Shown: positions 10,701 through 19,135 of the stretch, piece after piece
How positions within the stretch are numbered: position 1 is the first letter of the stretch
Layout of the letters: each line of letters begins with the position of its first letter
Assembly (NCBI GenBank): GCA_963738405.1
Contig: CAVTWJ010000009.1
Span: 4,793 to 68,792 of the forward strand
From: a candidate division FCPU426 bacterium
GTDB lineage: Bacteria; Oederibacteriota; Muellerivitia; Muellerivitales; Muellerivitaceae
Reading direction: 5' to 3'
DNA length: 64,000 bases
Notes under the pieces: generated by a model
What the model was told of the DNA's origin: nothing
Databases searched by the model: none
Seen by the model: the letters and a program-made list of their open reading frames with translations, nothing else
Program-made: the position numbers and the translations under genes

Positions 10701-10920
10701 GGTAGCGCTGGCCCTGACCGAAGTGGGCAAGTTTCGGCAGTCTATGGGCGTGGCTATCGAGGGGGGCCTCATCAGCTCGCTCCTCTTGACCCTGGTCATC
10801 GTGCCCTCGGTGTTCGGCTATGTGGATGATTTCAGGCTTTGGCTGAGGAAACTATTCGGTACCAAAGCGGACGAGCTGTCCCCTGTTAAGGTGCCCGTAA
10901 AGGTACGCCGAAAGAAGTAA
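7750..10920 (+). CDS. RND-family efflux transporter permease (AcrB/HAE1-like, 12 TMS, 1056 aa)
   Basis: N-terminus MNLPKLAIERPVFMSCVVILIMVLGIMGYRSLGVDLFPDVSFPFVFVTVPYQGASPEEIE plus the full length are typical of RND permeases. Confidence 0.9.
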   Translation: MNLPKLAIERPVFMSCVVILIMVLGIMGYRSLGVDLFPDVSFPFVFVTVPYQGASPEEIESQISKPLEDELSSIQGVKKVMSTNQEGFGVVTVQFTLETDAKDAEQQVRDRVAFVRPKLPKGVDEPIIRRFDPTDQAVAILSLQAPGLTDAEIYDLADQYIKPRLAEVPGVGVVNIIGGHKREIQVQLDRAQLNRYRLSSGQVADKIGLNGMNVPVGKVDLGVSELLFRSVGEYNDLDRIKRTPVNFFGSDVSVTVDKLGQVVDTVVDPDSFSFVNGKPTLVLEVYKQSKANTVAVVDGALKQMNTINEYLKTKTGSPELSLIQELARPVRMNLKDVQFTIMQGIILTILVVLLFLGSFRSTLITITSLPVSLLGAFFLMNTQGYTLNVMTLLALSLAVGLLIDDAIVVRENIWRHIEEGVDPKKAAVDGAMEVALAVVATSSVIIAVFLPIAFLKGIVGQFFREFGMTVCFAMAISLFEAMVMGPLLSAYWAKKSVPGKDEVPFISPILKSFDRFQTFLEAKYAVLINWCLGNRKKVIGSAVFLFIFSMVGLGPHIKFTFLPTADVGEFVVLLKAAPGTSLDEMKTMTETAAQVIQKHPEVVVLSGSIGGTDASGATSGVNKARLYIRLKPYQERSITTSQLMATVRKELDPYRDSLQPQVAEAGAFGDAAPFNLNLVGEDYATLIPFASQVADKIREVKDLADVQSTYDGGKPEFQAVLDPERMKVLGVSGVDAGEELRTQVEGLVAAKLRQHGEDYDIRVRLQENQRNLEQQYPVILVPNQNHNMVRLSEISHPVTTEGPSRIDRQDRARYIMISGQLAPGGALGGAIDKAKDIMKNIQMPPGVTYSFVGQAQDLQDLMVSMMEAVGLAILFTYMILASLYESPIIPFTIMLAIPLAVVGAFFALFIGQIFVPTLSLNIFSMIALIMLLGLVTKNSILLVDYTLQMMRKGHPRDEALKMAGKVRLRPILMTTFALIAGMLPVALALTEVGKFRQSMGVAIEGGLISSLLLTLVIVPSVFGYVDDFRLWLRKLFGTKADELSPVKVPVKVRRKK

Positions 10921-11055
10921 ACGAGCGTCAAAGTTCCCGCCCCGCAAATTTTCCTTTTGCCGTTTAAAAAGGATATTTGCACATGGCCGGTTCTCCTTTT
11001 AAGGTTCAAAGGTTAACCGGCCGCCCTGAGGGGCGCGGAACCGCGGAAGGAGAGA

Positions 11056-11089
11056 GGGAGCCGGTTATCCGGCTCCCTTTTCTGTTTTC
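11056..11089 (+). terminator. rho-independent terminator after the RND gene
   Basis: GGGAGCCGG-ttat-CCGGCTCCC followed by TTTTCTGTTTT. Confidence 0.7.
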
Positions 11090-11184
11090 AGCCGTATTAA
11101 GCCTTTTCCCTTTTTTGCCTGGATGTTTCTTTACACCCCATCGGAAGCATCGAATAATGGCGCCTACAACAAAGGGGGAGTTTT

Positions 11185-12189
11185 ATGCGATATTTTTTGT
11201 TATTCGTTTTTCTGGCCGGGGGATGTTTTCTTTTCCAATCGGGGTGCAGCAACAGCAATAGCGCCAGCGGTCCCACGACTATCTACCAAAACAATTCGCC
11301 TGCCTATGGAAGCCTTTGGAACAGGGCTACGGGCAGCGCCGGGTTCTCCCAACGAGATGGAATGGCTTCGGTGGTTTTTAACAATCAAATGTGGAGTCTG
11401 GGCGGATACGACACGACCCAAGAAGGGGATGCCTGGTCCTCCTCCGATGGGGTTTCCTGGAGCCAGCAGGGGGCGGCGGGAGCCACCTTCACGGCGCGGG
11501 CCTTTGCCTCGGCCGTCACCTTCAACAACAAAATATGGGTCATGGCGGGGTTGGGCGGTTCCGGCGGTTTGGCGGATACCTGGTCCTCCTCGGACGGCGC
11601 CCATTGGACCCAATCCGCCAGCGGGGCCTCGACCTTTACCAGCCGTTTCGGCCAAGCCAGTCTGGTCTTCAACAACAAGATATGGGTCATTGGAGGCTAC
11701 GGGGCTAGCGGGGTCTTAAATGACGTCTGGTCCTCCTCCGACGGAGTCAGTTGGGCTTCCGTCACAACAGCCCCCTTTGCCGGCAGGGAATTCATGGGAG
11801 CTGCGGTTTACAACAACGCCATGTGGGTCGTCGCGGGGGAAAACGCCGATACCTACGCCCTTTACAACGATGTTTGGAATTCCACCGACGGATCCACTTG
11901 GACCCGGGTCGCGGCCCATACCGGCTTCGCTCCACGGGGCGGGCCTGGCCTGGTGGTTTACAACAACGCTCTTTGGCTGATCGCGGGGACCCACATCGGA
12001 TCGAGCCTTATTCTCTACAATGACGTCTGGACCTCGACCGATGGGATCGCCTGGACCCAGGTGGTAGACCAGGCCAGTTTCCCCGGCCGGGACAGTTTTG
12101 GTTTGCTCGCCTTAAACAACCGGCTCTATCTCTTCGGAGGGGACGGCTCGACCACCGGATTGTTTAACGACGTCTGGAATACCCCCTAA
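11185..12189 (+). CDS. Kelch-like beta-propeller lipoprotein (six internal repeats of about 47 aa)
   Basis: Lipobox LAGGC after a signal peptide. Repeats of the form NDVWSSSDGVSW...F..R....VVFNNKIWVIGG. RBS AAGGGGGAG upstream. Confidence 0.7.
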   Translation: MRYFLLFVFLAGGCFLFQSGCSNSNSASGPTTIYQNNSPAYGSLWNRATGSAGFSQRDGMASVVFNNQMWSLGGYDTTQEGDAWSSSDGVSWSQQGAAGATFTARAFASAVTFNNKIWVMAGLGGSGGLADTWSSSDGAHWTQSASGASTFTSRFGQASLVFNNKIWVIGGYGASGVLNDVWSSSDGVSWASVTTAPFAGREFMGAAVYNNAMWVVAGENADTYALYNDVWNSTDGSTWTRVAAHTGFAPRGGPGLVVYNNALWLIAGTHIGSSLILYNDVWTSTDGIAWTQVVDQASFPGRDSFGLLALNNRLYLFGGDGSTTGLFNDVWNTP

Positions 12190-12372
12190 TAGGTTTTAAA
12201 GATGATGCTTAAAAATGGGCGGGTCTCTTTTGGGGATTCAAAAACCAAACCGGCCTATTCATATTGAATATCCCCGGTCTTTCTTACAAAACCCGTAACC
12301 TCTATCAATTTCCAAAACTACTTTATAATGTGCCGCCTACAGGAAGCTTGACCTCACCCCTCAGGAGAAACC

Positions 12373-13086
12373 ATGGTTCATCCGCGCCTCTATTGGATTC
12401 CCTTTCTTATCTTGGCCCCAATGGGTTTCACCCCTCCATCCGTCCTTCGGGCCGGAACCATCGAGGGAACCGTCACGGTCACCGCGCCCCCGCGCAAAGA
12501 AATCCAAAACCATGACGATGGTGCGGAGAAGCCCGTGGACAGTTATTACGGGCGAGCCAAGCCCGAAGTCATGCCCGCCACCACGCCCCTGCCAGAAGAA
12601 ATCGTCGTTTACTTAAGCAAGGTCCCGGGGCATTTCCACCCGCCCTCTCAACACGCCCAGCTGGATCAAAAGTTCGACCAATTCACCCACCGGGTACTTC
12701 CGATTTTGGCGGGCACGACGGTGGATTTCACCAACCACGACCCCATCTACCACAATATTTTTTCCAACTCTTTTGAAAACGAGAAGTTCGATCTCGGTCG
12801 GCGCAAAAGCGGCGAGACGGCCTCCGTTACCTTCGACCAGCCGGAAGTCCCTGTGAAGCTCTATTGCGAAATTCACCCCAAGATGCAAAGCAATATCCTG
12901 GTGTTGCAGAATCCCTTCTTCGCGGTGGTCCAGCCGGAAGGAACCTTTAAGTTTGACAAGGTCCCGGCGGGAACCTATACGCTCCGGGCATGGCACGATT
13001 ACTGGTCGCCTGTATCCAAGAAGATCAAGGTCAAGAAAAAGGGAACCACCCGGGCGGATCTGACTCTTTCCTCCGTTAAGGATTAA
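12373..13086 (+). CDS. periplasmic cupredoxin-like (type-1 copper site-like) domain protein
   Basis: Signal peptide. TNHDPIYHN and CEIHPKM provide a His...Cys-x2-His-x2-Met ligand pattern. The C-terminal GTYTLRAWHD beta-sandwich is carboxypeptidase-regulatory-like. Confidence 0.5.
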   Translation: MVHPRLYWIPFLILAPMGFTPPSVLRAGTIEGTVTVTAPPRKEIQNHDDGAEKPVDSYYGRAKPEVMPATTPLPEEIVVYLSKVPGHFHPPSQHAQLDQKFDQFTHRVLPILAGTTVDFTNHDPIYHNIFSNSFENEKFDLGRRKSGETASVTFDQPEVPVKLYCEIHPKMQSNILVLQNPFFAVVQPEGTFKFDKVPAGTYTLRAWHDYWSPVSKKIKVKKKGTTRADLTLSSVKD

Positions 13087-13088
13087 AA

Positions 13089-13823
13089 ATGGTTTCCCCG
13101 AGATTCCAAACTTTTTTCCTGACGGGAATCGTTTTTTTTGCGTTGGGCGGGTTTGGCTCAGGCCTTTGGGGGCAGGAGAACCCCTCCAACGGCACCGGCA
13201 CCATCGAGGGGACCCTTCAAGTGACGGCCCCGGCCAGGGCCGAGGAAACTGACTCCACGGGAAATGATTACAACCCCTTCGGCTCTTCCGCCTACAGCTG
13301 GGCCTCCTCCCATAAGGTCCACGCGGCGCTTCCGGAAGAGATCGTGGTTTACCTGGAGGCGGTGAAGGGCTACTGGAAACCGCCCCAAGAACACGCCAAG
13401 CTGGACCAGAAATACACCCAGTTCACCCATCGGGTGCTTCCCATCCTCGCGGGAACGATTGTCGATTTCACGAACCACGATCCCATCTACCACAATGTTT
13501 TTTCCAATTCCAAAAAGAACGCCTTCGACCTGGGAAAACGCAAGAAGGGCGAGACAGCCTCAGCGAACCTGAACCATCCGGAAATTCCGGTCAAGGTCTT
13601 TTGCGAGATCCACGACAAGATGCGGAGCAACATTTTGGTTTTGCAAAACCCATTTTTCACCGTCGTCACCCCTGGCGGAACCTTTAAATTGGAATCGGTG
13701 CCCTGCGGTACCTATACCCTGGTAGCCTGGCACGACTTTTGGCAGCCGGTGAGAAAATTAATTACGGTCACGAAAAACGGCACGGTGGAAGCGGATATCG
13801 TTTTGGATAAGGTTCAAGACTAA
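13089..13823 (+). CDS. periplasmic cupredoxin-like domain protein (tandem paralog of the previous gene)
   Basis: Same motifs: TNHDPIYHNVFS, FCEIHDKMRSNILVLQNPFF, GTYTLVAWHD. Starts 3 nt after the previous stop. Confidence 0.5.
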   Translation: MVSPRFQTFFLTGIVFFALGGFGSGLWGQENPSNGTGTIEGTLQVTAPARAEETDSTGNDYNPFGSSAYSWASSHKVHAALPEEIVVYLEAVKGYWKPPQEHAKLDQKYTQFTHRVLPILAGTIVDFTNHDPIYHNVFSNSKKNAFDLGKRKKGETASANLNHPEIPVKVFCEIHDKMRSNILVLQNPFFTVVTPGGTFKLESVPCGTYTLVAWHDFWQPVRKLITVTKNGTVEADIVLDKVQD

Positions 13824-13839
13824 ACCCAAAGGCGGAGTT

Positions 13840-14943
13840 ATGAAAAAAACGATCGGGGTACAAAGTCTTCTCTTGCCGATCCTGCTGACGCTGCTGCCGG
13901 TTGGGGCCTCGGCGGATGCCGGAAGGCAGGATTTCACCTTGGGGTTCGACGGCCTCTTTTTAGGCCAGGCTGCTTCCGATTCCCCCCAGCCTTCACAGTT
14001 TGCTTTTCAACAAGCCGACCTGACCCTTTCCGGCACCGTGGACCCTACTTGGAACCTCTTTGGGGACCTGAGGATCAATTCCGGAGGGTTGAGCCCTGAG
14101 GAAGTTTTCGCCGTCGCCAACCCCTTGCCTTGGCTACGCCTCCGGGCGGGGGAGATGTATGTGCCTGTCGGTAAGCAAGCCCTTCTTCGCCCATACGCCT
14201 ATCCCTTCGTCCGTGAGCCCCTGGCCGTGGAAAACACCCTGGGAGATGACGGGCTGAATGAAGCCGGTGTGGAGGCCACCGTGACCGCGCCTTTCCCCTG
14301 GGATTGCGAGTTGGTACTGGGCGGCTACCAGGAAGCCGGGGCAAAAGGCGACAGCCCCTTGGATTTGGGGGGCACTTCATATGACAACTTCCCTTACCTT
14401 CTTCATTTGAAAAACCAGTTCGACCTGGGCGACGACACCACCCTGGAGGCTGGCGGGTCTTCCCTGACGGGCATGGGATCGAACGGCATCCACAACGCCG
14501 TTTACGGGGCGGATCTGACCTTTCAGTTTCTGTCCACGGGGGATGACGCGGCCGGGGGAGTGATCGTGCAAACTGAATACCTGAACCGCCTTTCTTATGA
14601 TTCAACCGGGACTTACGCTCCGGGTTCGGACGGCTGGTACGCTTCCCTGCAATACCGCTGGACCCCCATTTGGTGGTCGGGCGTGAGGGCGGAAGAAGAA
14701 TTCCACGGGTCCACCAATGATCTGGAAGAAGACAGCAATGCCGGAAGCCAGCCCGGCCACCTGCAAAGACTTTGCGTGAACCTGGCCTGGGTTCCTTCCG
14801 ATTCTTCCTTTATACGGGTGGAATACGACCTGACCCGGGAAGACCCAGATGGGGGCGGAGCGACACTTTGGGATCACCGGATCCTGATCCAGCTCAATAC
14901 CAGCATCGGATTGCATTTTTCCAACCCCGCCTCGAAGGGTTGA
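13840..14943 (+). CDS. secreted protein, putative outer-membrane beta-barrel/porin-like (hypothetical)
   Basis: Signal peptide MKKTIGVQSLLLPILLTLLPVGASA. Alternating hydrophobic beta-strand-like segments. No recognisable catalytic motifs. Confidence 0.4.
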   Translation: MKKTIGVQSLLLPILLTLLPVGASADAGRQDFTLGFDGLFLGQAASDSPQPSQFAFQQADLTLSGTVDPTWNLFGDLRINSGGLSPEEVFAVANPLPWLRLRAGEMYVPVGKQALLRPYAYPFVREPLAVENTLGDDGLNEAGVEATVTAPFPWDCELVLGGYQEAGAKGDSPLDLGGTSYDNFPYLLHLKNQFDLGDDTTLEAGGSSLTGMGSNGIHNAVYGADLTFQFLSTGDDAAGGVIVQTEYLNRLSYDSTGTYAPGSDGWYASLQYRWTPIWWSGVRAEEEFHGSTNDLEEDSNAGSQPGHLQRLCVNLAWVPSDSSFIRVEYDLTREDPDGGGATLWDHRILIQLNTSIGLHFSNPASKG

Positions 14944-14962
14944 AGTTGTGTTAGGGTTTGAT

Positions 14963-15096
14963 GTCATTCCGAGGAGCAGAGCCGATAGGCTCGACTTGCG
15001 ACGTGGGAATCACAGGTTTTGCGGTAGTTTTTAAGTCATCACACTGAGATTGCCACGGTTCAAAACGCCCCGATTGGGGCTGAACCTCGCAATGAC
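14963..15096. repeat. empty copy (B) of the palindromic element family seen around the GIY-YIG gene
   Basis: GTCATTCCGAGGAGCAGAGCCGATAGGCTCGACTTGCGACGTGGGAATCACAGG ... ACTGAGATTGCCACGGTTCAAAACGCCCCGATTGGGGCTGAACCTCGCAATGAC. Confidence 0.75.
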
Positions 15097-15219
15097 GGCT
15101 TTTGAAAATTTATTTTAAAACTTTAAAACACAGGATTGATTTACCCTTGAAAAGCGGGCTCTATACCGGCTAAGGTTCTAGCGTTTCCCGTGCCGTTTTT
15201 TAAAACCCAAAGGTTGTCC

Positions 15220-17055
15220 ATGGCGAACGTCACGATTTTCAAACTCCGCGACAAGCTCCTGGCCGTCATCACCCTCTTGGTGGTGGTGCTGGTGGGGGGC
15301 GTCCTCTTTACCCTCAACGCGCGCTTAGGGCCGGTGGGCATCGAGGCCCTGAACGCGGACCTGGACCGTACCCGCACCGTCTTTAACAGCTTCATCGAGG
15401 AACGCGCCGCCAACCTGAAAGACAAAGCGGTTTTGATCGCAGGTCTCCCCCGCCTCACCGCGGCCCTGGACGTGAAACACCCCCAGTTCGACACCATCGC
15501 CGCCACCGTCACCGAGCTCTGCCTGGACTTAAACGACACGGTAAGGGTCCCCCTTTTTATCGTGACCGATAAAGAAGGCCGGGCGCTTTTTAACGACTTC
15601 CACATCCCTGAAGTGAACCTGGCCCTCATGGAAGGCCGGGAGCCGGACCCGGCCCGCATGAAATCTTCTCCTCCCGAATCCTTCGCCGACCGCCCGGCGG
15701 TCAAAAAAGCCTTGAACGGCGAAGCCAGCCGGGGCGGGTTTATCTATCACCTCAAGCCCGACGATCCCAAAGTGCCGGAAGCTGACCTGGCCTTCCAGGC
15801 GGTGGCGGTGCCTATCGGTAGCCACGGGCGCATCTTGGGTGTACTCCTTCTAGGCTTCGCCCTCGACGACAAGCTGGCCATCCAGATGAACAAGATGACC
15901 GACAGCGAAATCGCTTTCGACCTGGACGGCAAGATCTACGGCTCCACCCAGAACCTTAGCCACATGGCCAGCCTGGCCCAGGATCTTTCGCCCATCCAGG
16001 CCTCGGCCTCCGAATGGATGAAGTCGAACGAATCCCCCAAATCTTTTTCCGTAGTGTTGGGCGGAAAAAACTACCTGTCTCTCTTTTCCCCCTTCCAAGA
16101 CATGAACCAAACCAAGCTGGGGGATTACGTGCTGTTACGCCCGCAGGAAAAGGCCCTGGCCGTCCAGGAAACCATCCAGGCTTCGATTCTCTCTTTCGGC
16201 ATCGTGGGCGTGCTCTTGGCTTTTATCCTTTCCCTGGTCATCGCCCAGCGCATCACAGCCCCCCTGAATACTCTGCTCAAAGGCGTGCAGGAAGTCGGCA
16301 AGGGAAACCTGGGCGTCCGGGTAGATGTGAAAAGCCGGGACGAGCTGGGTGTTCTGGCCAGGGCGTTTAACGAGATGATCATCGGCTTAAGCGAGAAGGA
16401 AAGGGTCACGAAGATTTTGGGCAAGTACGTGGCGCCCCAGGTGGCCAAGAAGCTTTTGGCTTCCGACGAGCAAATGACCCTGAAGGGCGAACGCCGGGAA
16501 TGCGCCATCATGTTCACAGACATCCGGGGCTTCACGGCCCTGAGCGAAAACATGGCGCCGGAAAAATTGGTCACCGAACTCAACGAATATTTCACCCAGA
16601 TGGTCGACGTGGTCTTCAAGTACGAGGGAACGCTGGATAAGTTTATCGGCGACGCCATCATGGCGGTCTGGGGCGCGCCCGTGCCCTTTGAGGACAAGGA
16701 ATTCCGATCCGTCAAATGCGCGCTGGAAATGATGGCGGCCCTGAACCATTTGAACATGGAGCGGTTGAAGAAAAACCAGGTGCCCCTCACCATGGGCATC
16801 GGCCTCAATACCGGCGTGGTGGTTTCGGGAAACCTGGGCAGCGACAAGCACTCGGACTACACCGTCATCGGGGAAGAGGTCAACTTGGCTTCTCGGTTAT
16901 GTTCGAAGGCCGCGCCGGGGCAGATTTTGATTTCCGAATCCATGTACCGCAAGCTCAAGGGCCTGGTAGAAGTAAAGGCCCTGGAACCTATTCTTCTCAA
17001 GGGATTCACCGACCCTGCCAAGGTTTACGAAGTCACGGGCTTAACTTCCGTTTAA
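15220..17055 (+). CDS. membrane sensor adenylate/guanylate cyclase (periplasmic sensor, HAMP, class III cyclase domain)
   Basis: Two TM segments flank a periplasmic domain of about 280 aa. HAMP-like linker (LNTLLKGVQEVGKGNLGVRVD...LARAFNEMI). Cyclase motifs FTDIRGFTALSE, FIGDAIMAVWGAP, GLNTGVVVSGNLGS. Confidence 0.8.
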   Translation: MANVTIFKLRDKLLAVITLLVVVLVGGVLFTLNARLGPVGIEALNADLDRTRTVFNSFIEERAANLKDKAVLIAGLPRLTAALDVKHPQFDTIAATVTELCLDLNDTVRVPLFIVTDKEGRALFNDFHIPEVNLALMEGREPDPARMKSSPPESFADRPAVKKALNGEASRGGFIYHLKPDDPKVPEADLAFQAVAVPIGSHGRILGVLLLGFALDDKLAIQMNKMTDSEIAFDLDGKIYGSTQNLSHMASLAQDLSPIQASASEWMKSNESPKSFSVVLGGKNYLSLFSPFQDMNQTKLGDYVLLRPQEKALAVQETIQASILSFGIVGVLLAFILSLVIAQRITAPLNTLLKGVQEVGKGNLGVRVDVKSRDELGVLARAFNEMIIGLSEKERVTKILGKYVAPQVAKKLLASDEQMTLKGERRECAIMFTDIRGFTALSENMAPEKLVTELNEYFTQMVDVVFKYEGTLDKFIGDAIMAVWGAPVPFEDKEFRSVKCALEMMAALNHLNMERLKKNQVPLTMGIGLNTGVVVSGNLGSDKHSDYTVIGEEVNLASRLCSKAAPGQILISESMYRKLKGLVEVKALEPILLKGFTDPAKVYEVTGLTSV

Positions 17056-17075
17056 TCCTCCCTAAAGAGAAACCC

Positions 17076-17987
17076 ATGCCCGCCCAAACCCTGATCCAAT
17101 CAAAAAACCTTGTCAAAAAATACGGCGATTTTACCGCCGTCAACGGCGTGGATTTTGAGGTCAAAAGCGGGGAATGTTTCGGCTTTTTGGGCCCTAACGG
17201 CGCGGGCAAATCGACCCTGATGAAAATGATCTACTGCTTTTCCCCCCGCACCAGCGGGGAATTATCCGTCTTTGGCCTGGACCCGAAAGATAAAGCCGCC
17301 GCAATCAAGAACCGTTTAGGGGTGGTGGCCCAAAGCGACAACCTGGACGACGAAGTTACTCCCGCCCAAAACCTTGAAATCTACGGACGGTTTTTCGGGC
17401 TAGGCGGAAAAATCCTAAAAGAAAAGATAAAGACGCTTCTTCAGTTTATGGCCCTGGAAACCCGCGCCGACGCCAACGTGCGGGCCCTCTCGGGCGGCAT
17501 GAAACGCCGCCTGGTCATTGCCCGGTCCCTCCTGAACGACCCCGATCTCTTGATTCTCGACGAACCCACTACGGGGCTGGACCCACAGGTGCGCCACCTG
17601 ATCTGGGCGAAGCTAAGGGAATTGAAAGCTCAGGGCGTTACGCTTCTCCTCACCACCCACTATATGGAAGAGGCCCAACAGCTTTGCGACCGGCTTCTCG
17701 TGATCGACCACGGCAAGGTCTTGGCCCAGGGCAAGCCCGCCGAATTGATCAAGAAACACCTAGAACCCTTTGTGATGGATGTTCCTAAACAGTGCAAGCT
17801 TCCCAAAGCTTCCCTCAAGCAAGTGCGGTCCGAAACCCACGGCGACCGGGTTTTCCTCTATGCCCGCTCGGCGTCTTCCCTTGAAAAAATCGCCGCTTCC
17901 TCAAAGGTGGATTTCCAAATCCGCCCCACAGGGCTTGAGGACCTGTTTCTAAAACTCACGGGGAGGGACCTGCGTGAATCCGACTGA
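17076..17987 (+). CDS. ABC transporter ATP-binding protein (ABC-2/NodI-like)
   Basis: Walker A GPNGAGKST, signature LSGGMKRRL, Walker B LLILDEPT. True start MPAQTLIQ at 17076, not the ORF-track start 16716. Confidence 0.85.
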   Translation: MPAQTLIQSKNLVKKYGDFTAVNGVDFEVKSGECFGFLGPNGAGKSTLMKMIYCFSPRTSGELSVFGLDPKDKAAAIKNRLGVVAQSDNLDDEVTPAQNLEIYGRFFGLGGKILKEKIKTLLQFMALETRADANVRALSGGMKRRLVIARSLLNDPDLLILDEPTTGLDPQVRHLIWAKLRELKAQGVTLLLTTHYMEEAQQLCDRLLVIDHGKVLAQGKPAELIKKHLEPFVMDVPKQCKLPKASLKQVRSETHGDRVFLYARSASSLEKIAASSKVDFQIRPTGLEDLFLKLTGRDLRESD

Positions 17988-18789
17988 GCCTTCGGCTCTT
18001 TCCATTAAACCGGGGGTTAGGGTGGTTCCCACCCTGGTTCAACGACTTTGGGCGGTTTTCATGCGCCACTACCGGGTCTACACCAACGACTTCTGGACCA
18101 ACACCTTTCCCACGGTCTTCGAGCCCCTCATTTTCATCCTAGCGGTGGGATGGGGCTTGTCGGCGGCCATCGGTTCCATCAACGGGGTGGATTACCTCAG
18201 CTTCATCACCCCGGCCCAGATCATGATGTCGGCGGTTTTCGCCTCCGCCTTCGACGCTTCCTACGGCACCTATTTAAGAATGGAGATGGACCACAACTAC
18301 GACGCCATGATTTCCACTCCCGTGAGCGTGGACGAGGTTTTCTGGGGGGAACTGATCTTCATCTCGGTGAAGGGCATCTTCTACACTGCCGTCATGCTGG
18401 GGGTGCTTTCCCTTTTCCATACCGTCCATTCGCCGCTGGCCTTTTTGCTTCCCCTGGTGGGGTTCCTGACTGCCATGACCTTCGGCAGTTTGGGTTATTT
18501 CGCCAACGCGGTGGTGAAGAGCATCAACCAGTTCAACTTTTTCGTTTCCGGCATCATTTCGCCCCTCATGCTTTTTTCGGGCACCCTTTTCCCCATCGAA
18601 AAACTGCCCCCGGTCATCCAGCAGATCGCCTATGTGCTGCCCCTTTACCATTTCGTCCATCTATCACGCATGTTCACCACTGGCATCATCGCCCCCGATT
18701 GGGGCTTTAGTTTGGCTTATGTGCTCATCGTGCCCTTCGTGATGGGCTTTTTCGCGGTAAGATCCATGAGGCCTAAGTTGATACAGTAG
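17974..18789 (+). CDS. ABC-2 family transporter permease
   Basis: GTG start overlapping the ATPase stop. Six TM segments. ABC-2 permease-like profile. Confidence 0.75.
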   Translation: MNPTEPSALSIKPGVRVVPTLVQRLWAVFMRHYRVYTNDFWTNTFPTVFEPLIFILAVGWGLSAAIGSINGVDYLSFITPAQIMMSAVFASAFDASYGTYLRMEMDHNYDAMISTPVSVDEVFWGELIFISVKGIFYTAVMLGVLSLFHTVHSPLAFLLPLVGFLTAMTFGSLGYFANAVVKSINQFNFFVSGIISPLMLFSGTLFPIEKLPPVIQQIAYVLPLYHFVHLSRMFTTGIIAPDWGFSLAYVLIVPFVMGFFAVRSMRPKLIQ

Positions 18790-18877
18790 TTTTCACCTTC
18801 TCCCCTGGAGGGAGAAGGTTGGGATGAGGGGGAAATTACCAATCTCGTATGGGTCGATTATAATTATACGTATCATG

Positions 18878-19063
18878 AAACCAACCAAAGTGAAGATCAT
18901 GCGGAAACCTAAGCGACGACAAGAAGCGAAAATCACTCCTCTCATCCGGGAATTATCCGGCGTCGCCCCGATGAAAAAAGGGACGGATGAAAAAAAGCTC
19001 TACGCCAGCTACCTCGTGGGAAAGTATTCAACTAAGAGATCATCAAGGCCGTTGAAAAGCTGA
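18878..19063 (+). CDS. small basic hypothetical protein
   Basis: ORF only (MKPTKVKIMRKPKRRQEAK...). No recognisable domain. Confidence 0.2.
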   Translation, partial: KPTKVKIMRKPKRRQEAKITPLIRELSGVAPMKKGTDEKKLYASYLVGKYSTKRSSRPLKS

Positions 19064-19135
19064 GTTCAGTCGCCCTGTCACATTCGCGTCCGTAGTTCCT
19101 TTTTCGTTCTAACGTCGGAAAGTGGGGAGGCGGGG

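Noticed and set aside
11123-11719. Plus-strand 198-aa ORF and minus-strand ORFs overlapping the Kelch-like gene
   Set aside because: They are alternative frames of a gene with a clear six-fold repeat structure, a lipoprotein signal and a strong RBS at 11185.
16125-16851. Minus-strand ORFs of 240 and 154 aa antisense to the cyclase gene
   Set aside because: They overlap a well-supported class III cyclase domain on the other strand. Their composition is low-complexity Ser/Thr/Arg-rich with no motifs.
16716-17075. 5' extension of the ABC ATPase ORF (ORF-track start 16716)
   Set aside because: The extension overlaps the cyclase gene in another frame and translates to Gly/Arg-rich nonsense. A good RBS and the conserved N-terminus start at 17076.
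18048-18710. 220-aa ORF in another frame of the ABC-2 permease gene
   Set aside because: His/Arg/Gly-rich low-complexity translation. The permease frame has TM helices and an overlapping start codon.
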